DNA from: an uncultured virus (IMG/VR IMGVR_UViG_3300025894_000009) | Lineage: Duplodnaviria; Heunggongvirae; Uroviricota; Caudoviricetes | Reading direction: 5' to 3' (one strand) | Virus record (IMG/VR): IMGVR_UViG_3300025894_000009 | Length of the DNA stretch: 64,000 bases | Part shown: one piece after another, positions 1 to 12,600 of the stretch | Layout: each line of letters opens with the position of its first letter | Numbering within the stretch: position 1 is the stretch's first letter | The notes under the pieces: generated by a model | Seen by the model: the letters and a program-made list of their open reading frames with translations, nothing else | What the model was told of the DNA's origin: nothing | Databases searched by the model: none | Made by a program: the position numbers and the translations under genes

Positions 1-3000
1 AATCTGTCCGCCTCGAACAAAGTAAGTAGTACCTGTGTTACCTGCGATTGGATTCTTATCTTTATCAAATCGTTCGACACCGTAATATGTTCGGCCTTGA
101 GCCGGCCCAGAAACATACTTTTCTGATATTTCTCCGTAGATTACTTCGCCCGGAACAACCGGAATATAATCAGAGTAGAAGACTCTGTAATTGGTTACGC
201 GTATTGTCTTACCGGCAAAAGGTGAATCTTGTATCTCAACATACTCAGTTACACTATTGGCTTCGACACCCTGAATCCCGGCGGTAATTTCTGCTTCTGA
301 ATAGGAGGTATAATCAAACAATACAAGATCAGCACCACCAGAACCATAAGCAGGATTGAGAGAAATGTTGCCAGCAGGCCCAGTGATATTATAATTATCT
401 GCATAGACTTCACCACCAAAGAATGCATCACCGGTGTCGAGATCAATAGAAGCTCTTACATTTCCAGAACCAACAAACACCATTTCATTCGGATTAGTTG
501 TGCCGAAATATGAATATGATGGATTATCATTACCCGCCCAGAAGATACCCCAATCAGTCGCAGTATTCCAGACCCAAGAAGAATAGTCTTGAGCAACAAG
601 GAACTTATTATCGTCACCACCACCAGTAAGGTTGAAATTTGTGCGGTTGATTTGGCCGCCAAGTCTTAACTGTGTTGAGTTATTAGTCTGATTGTTAGGA
701 TTAAAGTAGTAAGAGGTATTGTTGGTACCGTAATAGACCGGGGCTCGCATCTCATTGTCTGCAGCGAAGTAACCGTTTCCTGTTTGCGCCTGTATAACGT
801 CGTTATAGTATAATAATGTTCCTGCGTTTCTATACCATTGTTGCATCCACTCATCGTCGAGATCATTATAGATTCCGACTCTTGCTGAATCCTCGGACAT
901 GAGAACGTATCGGCCATTGATCGAATAGCCTTCCCAGCCACCTTTACCGTCGCCATTGACTTGGATAGAACCATAACCGCCTGTAGGATAATCTATATAA
1001 ATCCCAGTGTTATTATCGTAGGCAGGATAGATTCTATTTGTTCTCAATACATTAACATATGATGTATCATTAGGATCTACGTAATAGTCTGTATTATTTG
1101 AATCATAGAAGATTGGCGAGCGAATCTGATTATTCGCAAGGAAGTATCCGTTTTCAGTTCTTGCCTGTTCAACTCCAGCATGCATTAACCTCAATACGCT
1201 TTGGTTTTCACCATACCAGAACCATTGATTATCTACATCATTATAAACACCTGTAACAGTGCTATTGTCGTGCATAAAGACAGAACGACCACCGATTGAG
1301 AAACCTTCGTATCCGCTTCTTCCACCACCGTCAACTTGTAATGAACCAAACGTTGCTGTAGGTTCACTTAATATAACTGCATTACCATCAAGCTTGATTG
1401 TGTTCAGCCTGGATTCGCCGGCAGGATCAGCAAAGAATGTTTGATCATCGATATCAACGAAACGAGGAGCACGGATTTCTTGAAATGCTCGAGTATAGGT
1501 ATTGGTTACAAGAAGTCTTGCGCTGCCCCCAGTTACTACTCTCCATTCATTATCAGTCGGAAATTCCATGAAGGTGTCGGTATCACCATTGTGGAAAATC
1601 TGAGAGTCAATACCGATAGTGTTCATTACCGATGCGTCAGCAAAATCCCCATAATAATTTGTATTATTGTAGTCATAGAATCTTGGAGCTCGGAACGATT
1701 GGTCATGCAAAGCGAAATCAGTTCCAACCCTAAAGTATCGAGTACCAGATCGGACTGCGCTAAACGAATATGAGTGCACTGCTGCACCACGATGCTCGAA
1801 GCCGTAATCATAACCTCCGGTACTGAGGACCGACCAATCATTGTTGTTGATTTTGGGGATCCAGATAATTGCATCATCACCAGAAACATTATTGCCGTTA
1901 TGACCATCAACTCTGAGACCATTTAATCTTGATGCGCCGCGAGGATCAACCAAATAATTAACATCATCTGCATCATAGAATATACTAGCAGTAACTTGAC
2001 TTGCCCTGAATTTCTCGTAACCTGTACCAGGGTTATTTCTTATTGCAATTGTTCCGTTTGATTCAATAGCTATCTGTGAAGCAACAATACCACCCCAATG
2101 GAAAGATATTCGTGGAGGAATTGCTGAACCATTTCCTGTATAATTACTTTCTCTTAATTCGATTGCAGCTACAGAGTAGTCGAGTGCTGTACTTGATGCA
2201 GCAAACTCAAAGTTACCTTCGAGCTGACCACCGCCACCTGGTTCGATCCATCGGGTTGTAGCATTTGCATCATAATATCGATTTGCGTAAACGTCGCCAG
2301 TGAGTTCAATATTACCACCGGAAAAAATAGTCTTATCGTTTCTTACTCTCAAGTAAGTGGCGTCGGTCATGTACCAACCACCACCCCAACCAAAGGCAAG
2401 TTCTTCGTCTTTCAAGAATGTTGCTGTCCCGCCACCAAAAACGATAGCGTCATTAGCTCCATTCAGCTGAATGCTGCCACCTTCGAAATGGTATTTGTTA
2501 GCACTTACTGATCCGACTAACGGGGTGTTATCATTTTGCGTATATGTGGCAAAATATGTATTGAAAAAGAATGTGCCGTCATGATTAGCAAGGAAAATTG
2601 GTGCAAAAGAAGCATTCCAAATCTGGAAGTTATTACCACCGGCAGCACCATTTGTTGCATCATTCAATAACAGGTAGAGTGTATTAGCCGCATCGAATGA
2701 AAAGGATGCTGCTGACGCACCATTCACTCTCATGTCTAATGTAGTATTGTCTATGGAGAATGGATTGAAACCTGGAGTGCCAATTCTATTCAGAGATGCA
2801 AGGGCGTAACCACCAGCACCACCTGACATTGAGAAATATGGGTTTGAGGTAGCAGTATCCCAACCATATGTGTTGAGTGCAATACCACCATTACCTGAAC
2901 TATCACCAGATCGATCACCATCCGTAATGATACCCATACGAGCACCACCAGCCATGGTCAACGAAAGAGGGCCACTATTAGGCTGGAGGTAATATGCGTT

Positions 3001-6000
3001 ATCATTAACATCGATTAAATTCGGGGCATAGAAATTAGTGATGTTATGAGCCCGAACTTCGGTATTATTAACATAGAGTCTTTGAACACTATTCGTGACT
3101 ACTTCAAAATCATCTGTGCCTGGGAACTTGATCCAATTGGTCGTGTCACTAGCTGATCGAACCTTATCAACAAGATTGATTCGATTCAATCGTGATGAAG
3201 CTTGCGGATCTAAGTAATAACTGGTGTCACCAGAGTCATAGAAGTAATCGAATGTTGCGGTTTCTGTTCCGCCATATCCTGAAATGCTGCCGTCAAACTG
3301 TACGGGCTTGTCGAAATAGTATTGCGGTCTGTCGGTGGTAAAATGACTATAACTGGTATTCTGTGGCCCAATAGTAACATAACCGCTTGGCGTTTGAAAC
3401 CGGTGAGCATTAGTAACATTAGGATTCCAATAATATCCCTGATCTGCCTGATCGTAGTAAACAGGAGACCAAATTTCACTCTTGGCTTCAATAAACGATG
3501 ATCGAATGCCAGATGCGACCAACCCAGAAGAAGCGCCACCGTCAGCTGCAATCTTGTCGCCAGTAAATTCCCACCATGCTCCCATTGGTCGGCCGGTGAC
3601 AGTATACGCATTATTGTTGTCAGAAACGGTAAGATAATTATCATCACCTGTTCCGTCATTCAAGAATACAAGTTTTGGTGTGACAACTTTTGTCGTAGAA
3701 AATATAGTTCCCGTAGAGATATCTGGATCAGTACCATCATCGAGACTCAAAGACGTGCCGACATGCAGTTTATTCAGAACTGATGTCGAGGCGAAGTCGC
3801 CGTAATAGTTATTATCATCTGAGTCATAATATCGTGGAGCATAAACAGCTCCACCAGCTGTAATATCACCAGAAGAATTGAAATCTAAATCGGTAGACAA
3901 TACTGTCGTATTGGCACTTAAACCATTTACACCACCAACCGTTAAATTAAATTCATTATTATTTGGAAATTGAAGATAGGTATCTGCATCACCATCGTGG
4001 ATGATCTGACCTACAAGATCGAGATTGTTGATACGGGATGTAGAAGCAAAATCACCATAATAAGTGATATCATTTCTATCGTAATAGATTGGGGCAATAA
4101 CACTACCAAATACGTCAAGAGCTTGGGTAGTCGACGCGAATGTCATACCGATAGCACCTGCTGTATAACCTACATTTCCAAATTCAAATATTTGTGCATC
4201 GAGTGCTAAAGTTGATCCGGTTCGATTATAAATTCTTCCTGTCCAACTACCAGTTGTACTTGAACTAACGCCAAAATATAATGGGCTAGTTGTTCGAAGA
4301 CTTAATGGCCCTTCGATATCTAGAGTAGCATTAGTAGCCGTTGCTCCAGAAGTCACATTAAGAGACAGTGTATTAAAATAAGATCGACCAGCGAAGTCCC
4401 CAAGGAATGCTGTATTATCCAAGTCATAATAGATGGGTGACTGTACAGAATCTACCGCACGAACATAAGAATTTGTGATGTACATTCTCGCAGTGGCATT
4501 TGTCGTGAATCTAATACTGTCGGCGATCAACGGATTATCAAAATCTATCTTGGTGTCGGGATCATTCCAGTCATGGATGATGCCATCTAAATTGATATTA
4601 TTAATATTAGACGTAGAATTAAAATCACCATAATAATTTAGATCGTTGCCATCGAAATAGATGGGAGCTCTAAAATCAACATATGACTGAATAAACGCGT
4701 CATTGACACGCAATCTCTCAACATTATTTGTGAAAATACTGAATCTATCTAACGCAGGGAAATCGAGGTATGTGGTAGAGTTGTTATCATTACGAATAAC
4801 ACCTGCTAATGCTATATTGTTAACACGTGAGGTAGAAGCAAAATCACCATAGAATGTTGTATTGTCTATATCTCTGAATTGGCTAGCATATACTCGGTTG
4901 ACTGCAAAGATATCAGTATTCGAGGATATTGATTGCCAAACCTCGAGCTGACCTTGGATTTGTACATCACCTTCGAATGTTGCATCTGAAGATACTGATA
5001 AGTTATTTGCTGTAAGAAGACCAGAAAATGTTCCATCGACTGCTTCTACATCACCCGTTAGAGTAATATCTACACCAGTTACAGTTCCGTCGAAATCAGC
5101 AGCAAAAAACTGAGAGAATGAATGGGGATCTACATAATAATTGTTATTATTCGAATCGATTAATTTAGGAGCATATAAATCCGGCTGAATAGTCACGGAT
5201 GTATTCGTGATTGCTATTCGCGATGTACTAGCAGTGATTAAATCAATTTGGTTATTATCAAATGAAAGTTTTGTTGTATTATTGCCATTATGAAATAGGT
5301 CGTCATCAATACCTACTTTATTTACTACCGATGTTCCAGCTGGATCGACAAGATATGAATTGTTATCCTTGTCGATTATTCTCGGTACATATAAATCGCC
5401 GGAAACGTCAACCCTCGTGTTAGTGACTACCAAACGTTGTGTGCCAGCAGTAGCTACTTCGAATTGGTCATCTGCTAAAAAGCCAATGTATGTGTCGCCG
5501 TCACCATTGTGAAAGATAATGTCATCAATACCAATATCATTCATTACTGAAGAACCAGATGGATCTACATAATAAATGTTATTGTCAACATCTACGAATC
5601 TCTGCCCAAGGACATCGGTCCCGGCTGTGATAGTGGTATTGGCGGTGATTGAAGTGCCAGCCTCGATGGTGCTCACAGAAACAATTGAATTTGCACTCAA
5701 AGCATAATTAAATTGGGTCGAACCATCGGCGTTCAGATATGCATTAACATTGACATTATTGCCTAACTCTAATCTGGTATTAGATTGATCGACATTAATA
5801 ATATACCGAGATGAATCTGTCCCTTCGAATGCTAACGTGGGGTTTGCTGTGGCGATAAGAACATCACTGTCAAACTTCCACTCATCATTTGATTCACTCC
5901 ACAAGAAATAAGAGTTGGCACTTGACCCTCTGTTTACTTCTATGCCGGCGTCCTGAGTGGGGGCTCCTGTGTGATTAGCATTGAGCGTGATGATATTATC

Positions 6001-6618
6001 AGATAAAAGAATTGTCTCTGTATCGACGTATGTGGTGTTACCAGAGACAGTCAGATCACCTTGGATTGTGAGACTGCCCGCCATCGTATCGTCTTGATCG
6101 GATCGTAGGAACTGTGTGGAATCGAGCCCATCGATTGTGTCTGCATCTAACCCATTGCCAGATCCTTCATCGGCTGTGGTAAGAATTCTAAAGCCTTCAA
6201 TCGTGGTGTTCGCGAGTCCGGTGAAATCATTTCCTGTAGAAGTGATTGACAAGCGAGAAGAATTATTATATAATATATCCAATCCCTGAGTATTTGCATA
6301 GAATCGGATAACATTATTTGCGTTGCCGATGTCATAGACACCAGCAGAAGAATTGATTACATGGAAAGCATTTGAATCACCAATAAATTGAGCCAAATTG
6401 GCTGGGTGACTATTTGCAGTATTTTTGACTAAAAGAGAATATGTGTTGGCAACAGAATTTGTGATCTCTGCTTGACCTGAAATTTTTGTAAATCCATCGA
6501 ATATACTAGAACCAGAAACTTGTAAAGAATCAATCCCATTATCAGTCAGGGTGCCAAACAGCCCGCGACCTGACGTAGCTATTCCGTTCTTTGCTAGAAA
6601 GAATTTGTTATTTGCCAT
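1..6618 (-). CDS. Giant tail fibre/adhesin-like protein, >2206 aa, 3' end beyond window edge (absent from ORF track)
   Basis: ATG at 6618 preceded by GGGGAG. My manual translation stays open to position 1 (MANNKFFLAKNGIATSGRG...TTYFVRGGQI). Contains the fibre motif GSGNGLDADTIDGLDSTQFLRSD and about 17 copies of APxYYDxD/NxxxYYxDP/FxxxSxxN. Confidence 0.85.
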   Translation of the reverse strand, partial: MANNKFFLAKNGIATSGRGLFGTLTDNGIDSLQVSGSSIFDGFTKISGQAEITNSVANTYSLLVKNTANSHPANLAQFIGDSNAFHVINSSAGVYDIGNANNVIRFYANTQGLDILYNNSSRLSITSTGNDFTGLANTTIEGFRILTTADEGSGNGLDADTIDGLDSTQFLRSDQDDTMAGSLTIQGDLTVSGNTTYVDTETILLSDNIITLNANHTGAPTQDAGIEVNRGSSANSYFLWSESNDEWKFDSDVLIATANPTLAFEGTDSSRYIINVDQSNTRLELGNNVNVNAYLNADGSTQFNYALSANSIVSVSTIEAGTSITANTTITAGTDVLGQRFVDVDNNIYYVDPSGSSVMNDIGIDDIIFHNGDGDTYIGFLADDQFEVATAGTQRLVVTNTRVDVSGDLYVPRIIDKDNNSYLVDPAGTSVVNKVGIDDDLFHNGNNTTKLSFDNNQIDLITASTSRIAITNTSVTIQPDLYAPKLIDSNNNNYYVDPHSFSQFFAADFDGTVTGVDITLTGDVEAVDGTFSGLLTANNLSVSSDATFEGDVQIQGQLEVWQSISSNTDIFAVNRVYASQFRDIDNTTFYGDFASTSRVNNIALAGVIRNDNNSTTYLDFPALDRFSIFTNNVERLRVNDAFIQSYVDFRAPIYFDGNDLNYYGDFNSTSNINNINLDGIIHDWNDPDTKIDFDNPLIADSIRFTTNATARMYITNSYVRAVDSVQSPIYYDLDNTAFLGDFAGRSYFNTLSLNVTSGATATNATLDIEGPLSLRTTSPLYFGVSSSTTGSWTGRIYNRTGSTLALDAQIFEFGNVGYTAGAIGMTFASTTQALDVFGSVIAPIYYDRNDITYYGDFASTSRINNLDLVGQIIHDGDADTYLQFPNNNEFNLTVGGVNGLSANTTVLSTDLDFNSSGDITAGGAVYAPRYYDSDDNNYYGDFASTSVLNKLHVGTSLSLDDGTDPDISTGTIFSTTKVVTPKLVFLNDGTGDDNYLTVSDNNNAYTVTGRPMGAWWEFTGDKIAADGGASSGLVASGIRSSFIEAKSEIWSPVYYDQADQGYYWNPNVTNAHRFQTPSGYVTIGPQNTSYSHFTTDRPQYYFDKPVQFDGSISGYGGTETATFDYFYDSGDTSYYLDPQASSRLNRINLVDKVRSASDTTNWIKFPGTDDFEVVTNSVQRLYVNNTEVRAHNITNFYAPNLIDVNDNAYYLQPNSGPLSLTMAGGARMGIITDGDRSGDSSGNGGIALNTYGWDTATSNPYFSMSGGAGGYALASLNRIGTPGFNPFSIDNTTLDMRVNGASAASFSFDAANTLYLLLNDATNGAAGGNNFQIWNASFAPIFLANHDGTFFFNTYFATYTQNDNTPLVGSVSANKYHFEGGSIQLNGANDAIVFGGGTATFLKDEELAFGWGGGWYMTDATYLRVRNDKTIFSGGNIELTGDVYANRYYDANATTRWIEPGGGGQLEGNFEFAASSTALDYSVAAIELRESNYTGNGSAIPPRISFHWGGIVASQIAIESNGTIAIRNNPGTGYEKFRASQVTASIFYDADDVNYLVDPRGASRLNGLRVDGHNGNNVSGDDAIIWIPKINNNDWSVLSTGGYDYGFEHRGAAVHSYSFSAVRSGTRYFRVGTDFALHDQSFRAPRFYDYNNTNYYGDFADASVMNTIGIDSQIFHNGDTDTFMEFPTDNEWRVVTGGSARLLVTNTYTRAFQEIRAPRFVDIDDQTFFADPAGESRLNTIKLDGNAVILSEPTATFGSLQVDGGGRSGYEGFSIGGRSVFMHDNSTVTGVYNDVDNQWFWYGENQSVLRLMHAGVEQARTENGYFLANNQIRSPIFYDSNNTDYYVDPNDTSYVNVLRTNRIYPAYDNNTGIYIDYPTGGYGSIQVNGDGKGGWEGYSINGRYVLMSEDSARVGIYNDLDDEWMQQWYRNAGTLLYYNDVIQAQTGNGYFAADNEMRAPVYYGTNNTSYYFNPNNQTNNSTQLRLGGQINRTNFNLTGGGDDNKFLVAQDYSSWVWNTATDWGIFWAGNDNPSYSYFGTTNPNEMVFVGSGNVRASIDLDTGDAFFGGEVYADNYNITGPAGNISLNPAYGSGGADLVLFDYTSYSEAEITAGIQGVEANSVTEYVEIQDSPFAGKTIRVTNYRVFYSDYIPVVPGEVIYGEISEKYVSGPAQGRTYYGVERFDKDKNPIAGNTGTTYFVRGGQI

Positions 6619-6648
6619 TTGGTTCCATTCTCCCCAATTTAGGCTTGA

Positions 6649-9600
6649 TTATTTAATAAGTGTAATTGCTGCTCTATAGGTGGTTGATGCTGCCGAGGCG
6701 CTGCTTACCCTCAGTCTGACATTTGTCGATGAAACATCAACAATAAAATCTCCTAATTCAGTATTTGTGAATACAGAACCATACTGTGTCGCGATAGCTG
6801 TAGTCCCATTGTGAGTGATTAACAATTTTACTATATGTCTATTTATCCCTGAAGTAATTACTATACTGGCTTCTGCACCAGCATACGTTGCAAGATCAAA
6901 TGAATATAATGTTCTATTTAAAATATTTGTCGTAGTCGTCTCAGCAGAGTCGTGTAAAACAAACTCTTGTGCAATCGTGCCTGTGGTCGATAAAGAGTCT
7001 GCAGTAATTGAATCTGTTACTATTACTGCATTATTTACCGTGAGTGATCCTTCAATGACAAGATCTCCTGTCATTGTGTCCCCATCCACATTCACATATA
7101 GTAAATCTGCTTCTGATTCGGTTAAGCCGGTTTCTATAGTCCCTGTCGTATATCCTACTACGTGTCCAAATTCGTCAAAATTAAGTGAAAGGACAGCCTG
7201 ATTTAGAACAACGCCTGTATTTGCTACACTAGATGTATCAGCATGATCAAGAGTGATTTCTAAATCGCTGAATGAATTAAGAGTGAAAACACCACTACCA
7301 TCAATGGCATTTCCTCCAGTGATTGTAATTTCACCATCACCTACTGCAGCAGTGGCAGTGTTCGCCGCTAGAGCAAGAATCTCTGATGCGTGATAACCAT
7401 CTAATAAATCCGCATCAAACCCCGAAAGAGCACCATCATTGGTGATATCAAAGAAACCTAAAGCTCTAATATCAGCAGCAGTTTGATCAGCAGTGGCTCC
7501 TGGCTCTATTCCATCTAATTTCAGGCCGTCTTGAGCAATATCTCGACCATCGACAAGACCAGCAACTGTTATGTCATCAAAGACAGAAATGCCAGTGGCT
7601 GTGGTGGCCATTTTTTCAGAATTGTCGTAATAAATTTTAACACCCGCATCGGCATCCAGTTGCAACATGTTTTCGAAAGTATTACCTTTGTAAAATCTAA
7701 TACTATCAGAAGCTATTCTTAATTCTACCCCAGTTCCTTTTATCCAATCATAAGTACCATCATGATAAATTTCGAAATCATTGTCTGTACCAAATGAAAG
7801 TGTTGCATTATCAGCAAATCCAACATCGGCACCAAAAGAATCGATTAGTGTTTCATATATCGACCCATCTTGAGTGGCAGTAACAAGGGTATTGTTTGCT
7901 GAATACCAGGCAATATCTGCAATACCAGCTACAGCAGCAGTAGTTGCGGCAGTTAATCGACCATCTTCATCTACTGTAAAGACCGGAACCTGAGAAGATG
8001 AACCGTATGAACCAGGAGTGACTGTTGTATTAGCCAATTCAGTGGTTATGGTAAGTATGCCAGTATTACTAGTAGCAGTACCTGTCACCTTGCCATCGAG
8101 GGTAATATCAATGTCTTCTTCGAGTCGGTCTAATTTAGCACCATCAGCATCATAATCACGGCCATTGATTGTTCCATTAATTAAAATGCCGTTAACTGTA
8201 GTTTCAATTCGATCAGCACCATTCCACTGAATTTTCAGGCCATTACCATCGATGTAATTCGTGCCCAAAGTGTGATGAATTTCTAAATCGATATCATCAC
8301 CAAAGGTTATCTTGGCCCCATCTAAAAATCCAACATCTGCACCAAAAGAATCAATTAAAGTGTCGAAAATTGATCCATCTTGTGTTACAATAGAGAAAGT
8401 ATTATTTGCAGAATACCAACTTGTACTATCAACACCAGCAACATCACTGGTCGTGAGATTGGTAATACGGCCATCTTCATCTACTGTAATGACTGGTACA
8501 AGCGAAGATGAACCATAAACGCCCGGTGTGACACCCGTGTTGGCCAATTCAGTTAAAAGGGTCATGATGCCAGTATTGGTGAACGCCTGACCAGTAACTT
8601 TTCCGACAACAGTCAGATCAAGACTGGCCGGAGGTACATTAGTGAAGTTATTATAGTCTAGGTAAAATGTTCCTTCTTGGCCATCTAAAAGATCTGCATC
8701 AAGTAATGAACCGGAGCCATCTACCGTGAGAATCAAATCAAGCAATTCTTGTGGATCAGCAGTAAAGGTGACTAGTGTATTTGCATTAGTATCTGGATCA
8801 TGCCGTTTAATAAACAGCTTGCCTTCATAGGTATTAACAACTACTTCACCTAATTCCATGTTGTTGAGAACTGGTGTCCAGCCTGGAGTAGTATTAGATA
8901 CAAGATTTCTTTCTAATTGAATTATTGTGTCGGTGCCATCGACCTCGATAATTGCCACACCACCAGAAGATACACTAAAATTATTTGCGTGGAAATATGC
9001 AATACCTTTATTTGTCGTTGACGCGTCTTCACCAGCAATAGTGATTACGTTATCCGAAACGGTGGTATCAATTCCCTCACCAGCAGTGAATGTAATCGTC
9101 TCACCTAGATTGACGTTATCAGCAGAACCAAATTCACCTGCAAAGGTGATATATGGATTTGCAAGCTTCGCATTGGTGATTCCGCTATCTTTAACACGAA
9201 TGATGTCACTGACAATCTCTAGTGTGGAATCATCAACGTTGACATCAAATGTAAATGTATTCGCGTTATATGATAAACCATCACCGCCAACCAATCCAGT
9301 GAGACCACCAGAGATCTGGTCATCCACATAGAATTTGGTTGCTGCGTCTTGTGGGTTTGACGGATTTTTTACATTTTGAATGAAACTATCTGATACGTTA
9401 AGTGTCCCAAAACCAGGGTCGATTATGATACCAAAATTTCTGGATAGAGTTGTCGATGTAAGAGACATCGATCCACCAACCACCAAATCAATTTGAGCGT
9501 TTACACTATTGGCACTTACCTCACCGCCAACATCTATATTGACATCGACGTTAAGATCTGTTATATTACTGGTACCAGTAGGATCTAGATTGTAAGCAGT

Positions 9601-12600
9601 ATTATTGTAATCGTCGATGTATGGAGTCTTAAACCCATATTGATTTACAAATTCGTTGGTTGCAGGATCGACAGACCAGATATAATTAAATGAGGCATTA
9701 ACAGGCCCCCATTTACCTCCCAGTCCTAGTAGATACATTGTCTGATTGGTATTGAGCGTTACCTGAAGTGCTGATAGTGAAAGCCCGTAACCGAGGATGA
9801 GCTCATTCATCCTTGAAATACTAGCAAAATCCCCATAGTAATTCGTATCATTCGAATCAACAAACCGACCAGCTGCAAAATTACCTTGGATGGTCACGTT
9901 ATTTAAATTCGATTGGCCTGCAGGATCTAATTCGAATGTTGGATTATCATAATCAATGAATTTCTTACCAGTAATATTACCCTGAGCACTAATAACATTC
10001 ATTTGCGAAGTTTGGGCAGGATCTAGAAAAAATGTAATATCATCTGCATCATAATATCGCGAGGCAAATATATCACCATTCGCCGTTAAATCACCAGAAG
10101 CAATTGTAATCCCGCCGTTCGCAGAAATAGATCCTTCTGTGGTAATAGAGCCATTAGCAAATAAGACACCATCAATATCTAAATCACCTTTGAGTTCAAG
10201 GTCATTAAGAACAGTAAGTGAATCTGGGTCGACAAAGAAACTAGCGTTATTAGCATCAATAATTTTCGGAACCGTAAGAGGTCCAGTCATCGAATCGCCT
10301 TCGATGTTTACAAAATTGACATTGAGATCTTCTGATACTACAGACTGAACGTGACCAAATTCATCAAAGGTGATATCATTAATAACAACACCGGGTCCGT
10401 TAAGGACATCTTCGATGTTGGAAGTATTAGCATGTCGAATGTCTGCAATTGCAGCGACGCCTGGCGTGAGGTCAATCTCAATTCCAGAATTAGCTGTGAG
10501 CCCTTCAAGGTAGTCGACGGTGATCGCAGTGTCGATTATCGTGTTAGAGTTTCGTACGACGGTATTAATACCTACGATGTCTCCCTGAAGCTCTACCTCG
10601 AAGTTTCTCGTGTAGATTTCCATCTTGCCGGATTCTGGCGGATTTCCGGTCGGAGAATCGTTGTATATTACAGTGACGCCTTCCTTGACTGTGAACTCCC
10701 ACATCTGACCGGCAATATCTTGGGTCGATTCAGTGAAGTCAACAACAGCATTAGCAGAGAATGCAACTGGGATATCTAAAGCAGTGAGAATCCGGCCATC
10801 AGCATCTACTGTGAGCTGTGGAATGAATCCTTCAACCCCGTATACGCCTGGATCTACGGCCGTATTGGCAAGACCCCAAGAGAATTCATTGTTTGCAAAT
10901 GAGGCTTGCATTCCTTGCCCGACAGACAATTTCGGGGTTTCATTGATAACGTCTAAATTGAATGTATTCGCTCCATCGATAACTTGAATGAAGCGAGAGA
11001 ATGAGCCATTCTCTAGGTAGTCATAGGTAACAACATCAGTATTCGATGTGGGATTAGCCACACCGGTGAGTTTAATATCATTGAATTCAATTTGGGGTGT
11101 CGAAGATGAAATAGTATCATTAACAATAAAGAGGTTGTCAATCTGGACGGAGCCATTGAACGTGGCCAAACCCGAAGAGGCATCTATGGTGAGAGCGTTT
11201 AGGTTGTTGCCAAATTTGAACGTGCCATCGGAATCGATCTCTAACCGTTGAACTCCTCTAGTGAAGAATTGAAGCTGATCATTATCGGCATTCGGACCAG
11301 ATTCTGCTATGATCTTAGTGTCTTGGTCGACGTCAATAACTGATCCTGCAAGACCAGCCCAAATGTTACCATCATATCCTTCAAATCGAACATCGTTTGT
11401 ATTATATCGAATCATGCCAGCAACTGGGACTGTAGGTCTCTGACTTATATTACCTACAGGAACAATTATTGCGCCACTGATATCAAATGTAAAAACGTCC
11501 GAATTATTATCAATGACATTGGTATAGACTCTAGCCCAATTCTTAGAACTCGAACCTATATTATAGGTATCATCATCGTTCGGTACCAAATTACTGGTGA
11601 AGTCTGCGATTACCTCAATCGTATCGACGTCTTGATCACCAACCCGGATATTACCACCCAGAGTGATATCTCCGGTCACACCGAGATTACCAGCGATCTC
11701 AACGTCGCCTGTGGAATAATCTATGGTGAACTTATCTGAATTGTCACCGTATTCGATATTACCATCGGCGTTGATAATTAATCGTTGGACACCTTGAGTA
11801 AAGAATTGGAGTTGATCGTTATCAGCCCCTGGCGAGAGTTCCGCCTGGACTCTTGTGTCCTGATCAACATCAACAACACCACCCAGTCCAGTCCAAGCAG
11901 CGCCATTATAGGCCTCAAACCGCAGGTCGGTTGTGTTGTATCGAATCATTCCCTGTTCGGCAGGAGGACGTTGAATGGTAGAACCGACAGGAATAACTAA
12001 ACCGCCGGTACTATCAGAGAAAATTACTGTCGCATCTAGTGAGAGTCTATTATTACGCCCATCAATTTGAGACACCTCTAATAAATCGAGGTTTCGAATT
12101 TCTAAAGCTGGGGTGCCAAGAGTAAGATTTGTTGATCCAATGATAACAGAATCATTTTCGAGTTTAGCGTTTGTGATACCACCATCTTTTACTTGAAGTA
12201 TATCACCAACAATCTCTATGGTAGTATCATCGACATTAACAGAAATGTCGTTATCAGTGATGTCAATACCATCACCACCGGTGAATAGACCATCCCCTGC
12301 AACTTTTTTAAATGTTATGGGTGCATTAAATGCAGCACCATAATTTTCTGCATCAGTGACACTTGCTATCCAAACCGTATCTCTGTTTTGAGTACCATCT
12401 GTGACAACATATAGTGAACCCGGCAACTCTCTAGGCTCATCTGCAAATTCAGATCTTACGAATAACCATTCGGTAGACGCGTCACCTATTTGTGTAAGTT
12501 CATATACACCATTTTCTTTCTTAAAGAACCTGTCCTTGACAAGAACCTTATCCCCCAGTTCCCAGCTAACAACATCATCAACATTAAGAGTGGCCGTAGG

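Noticed and set aside
48..6341. Short ORFs listed in the track across 1-6.3 kb
   Set aside because: They are alternate-frame or antisense shadows of one continuous minus-strand ORF starting at 6618 that has no stop inside the window.
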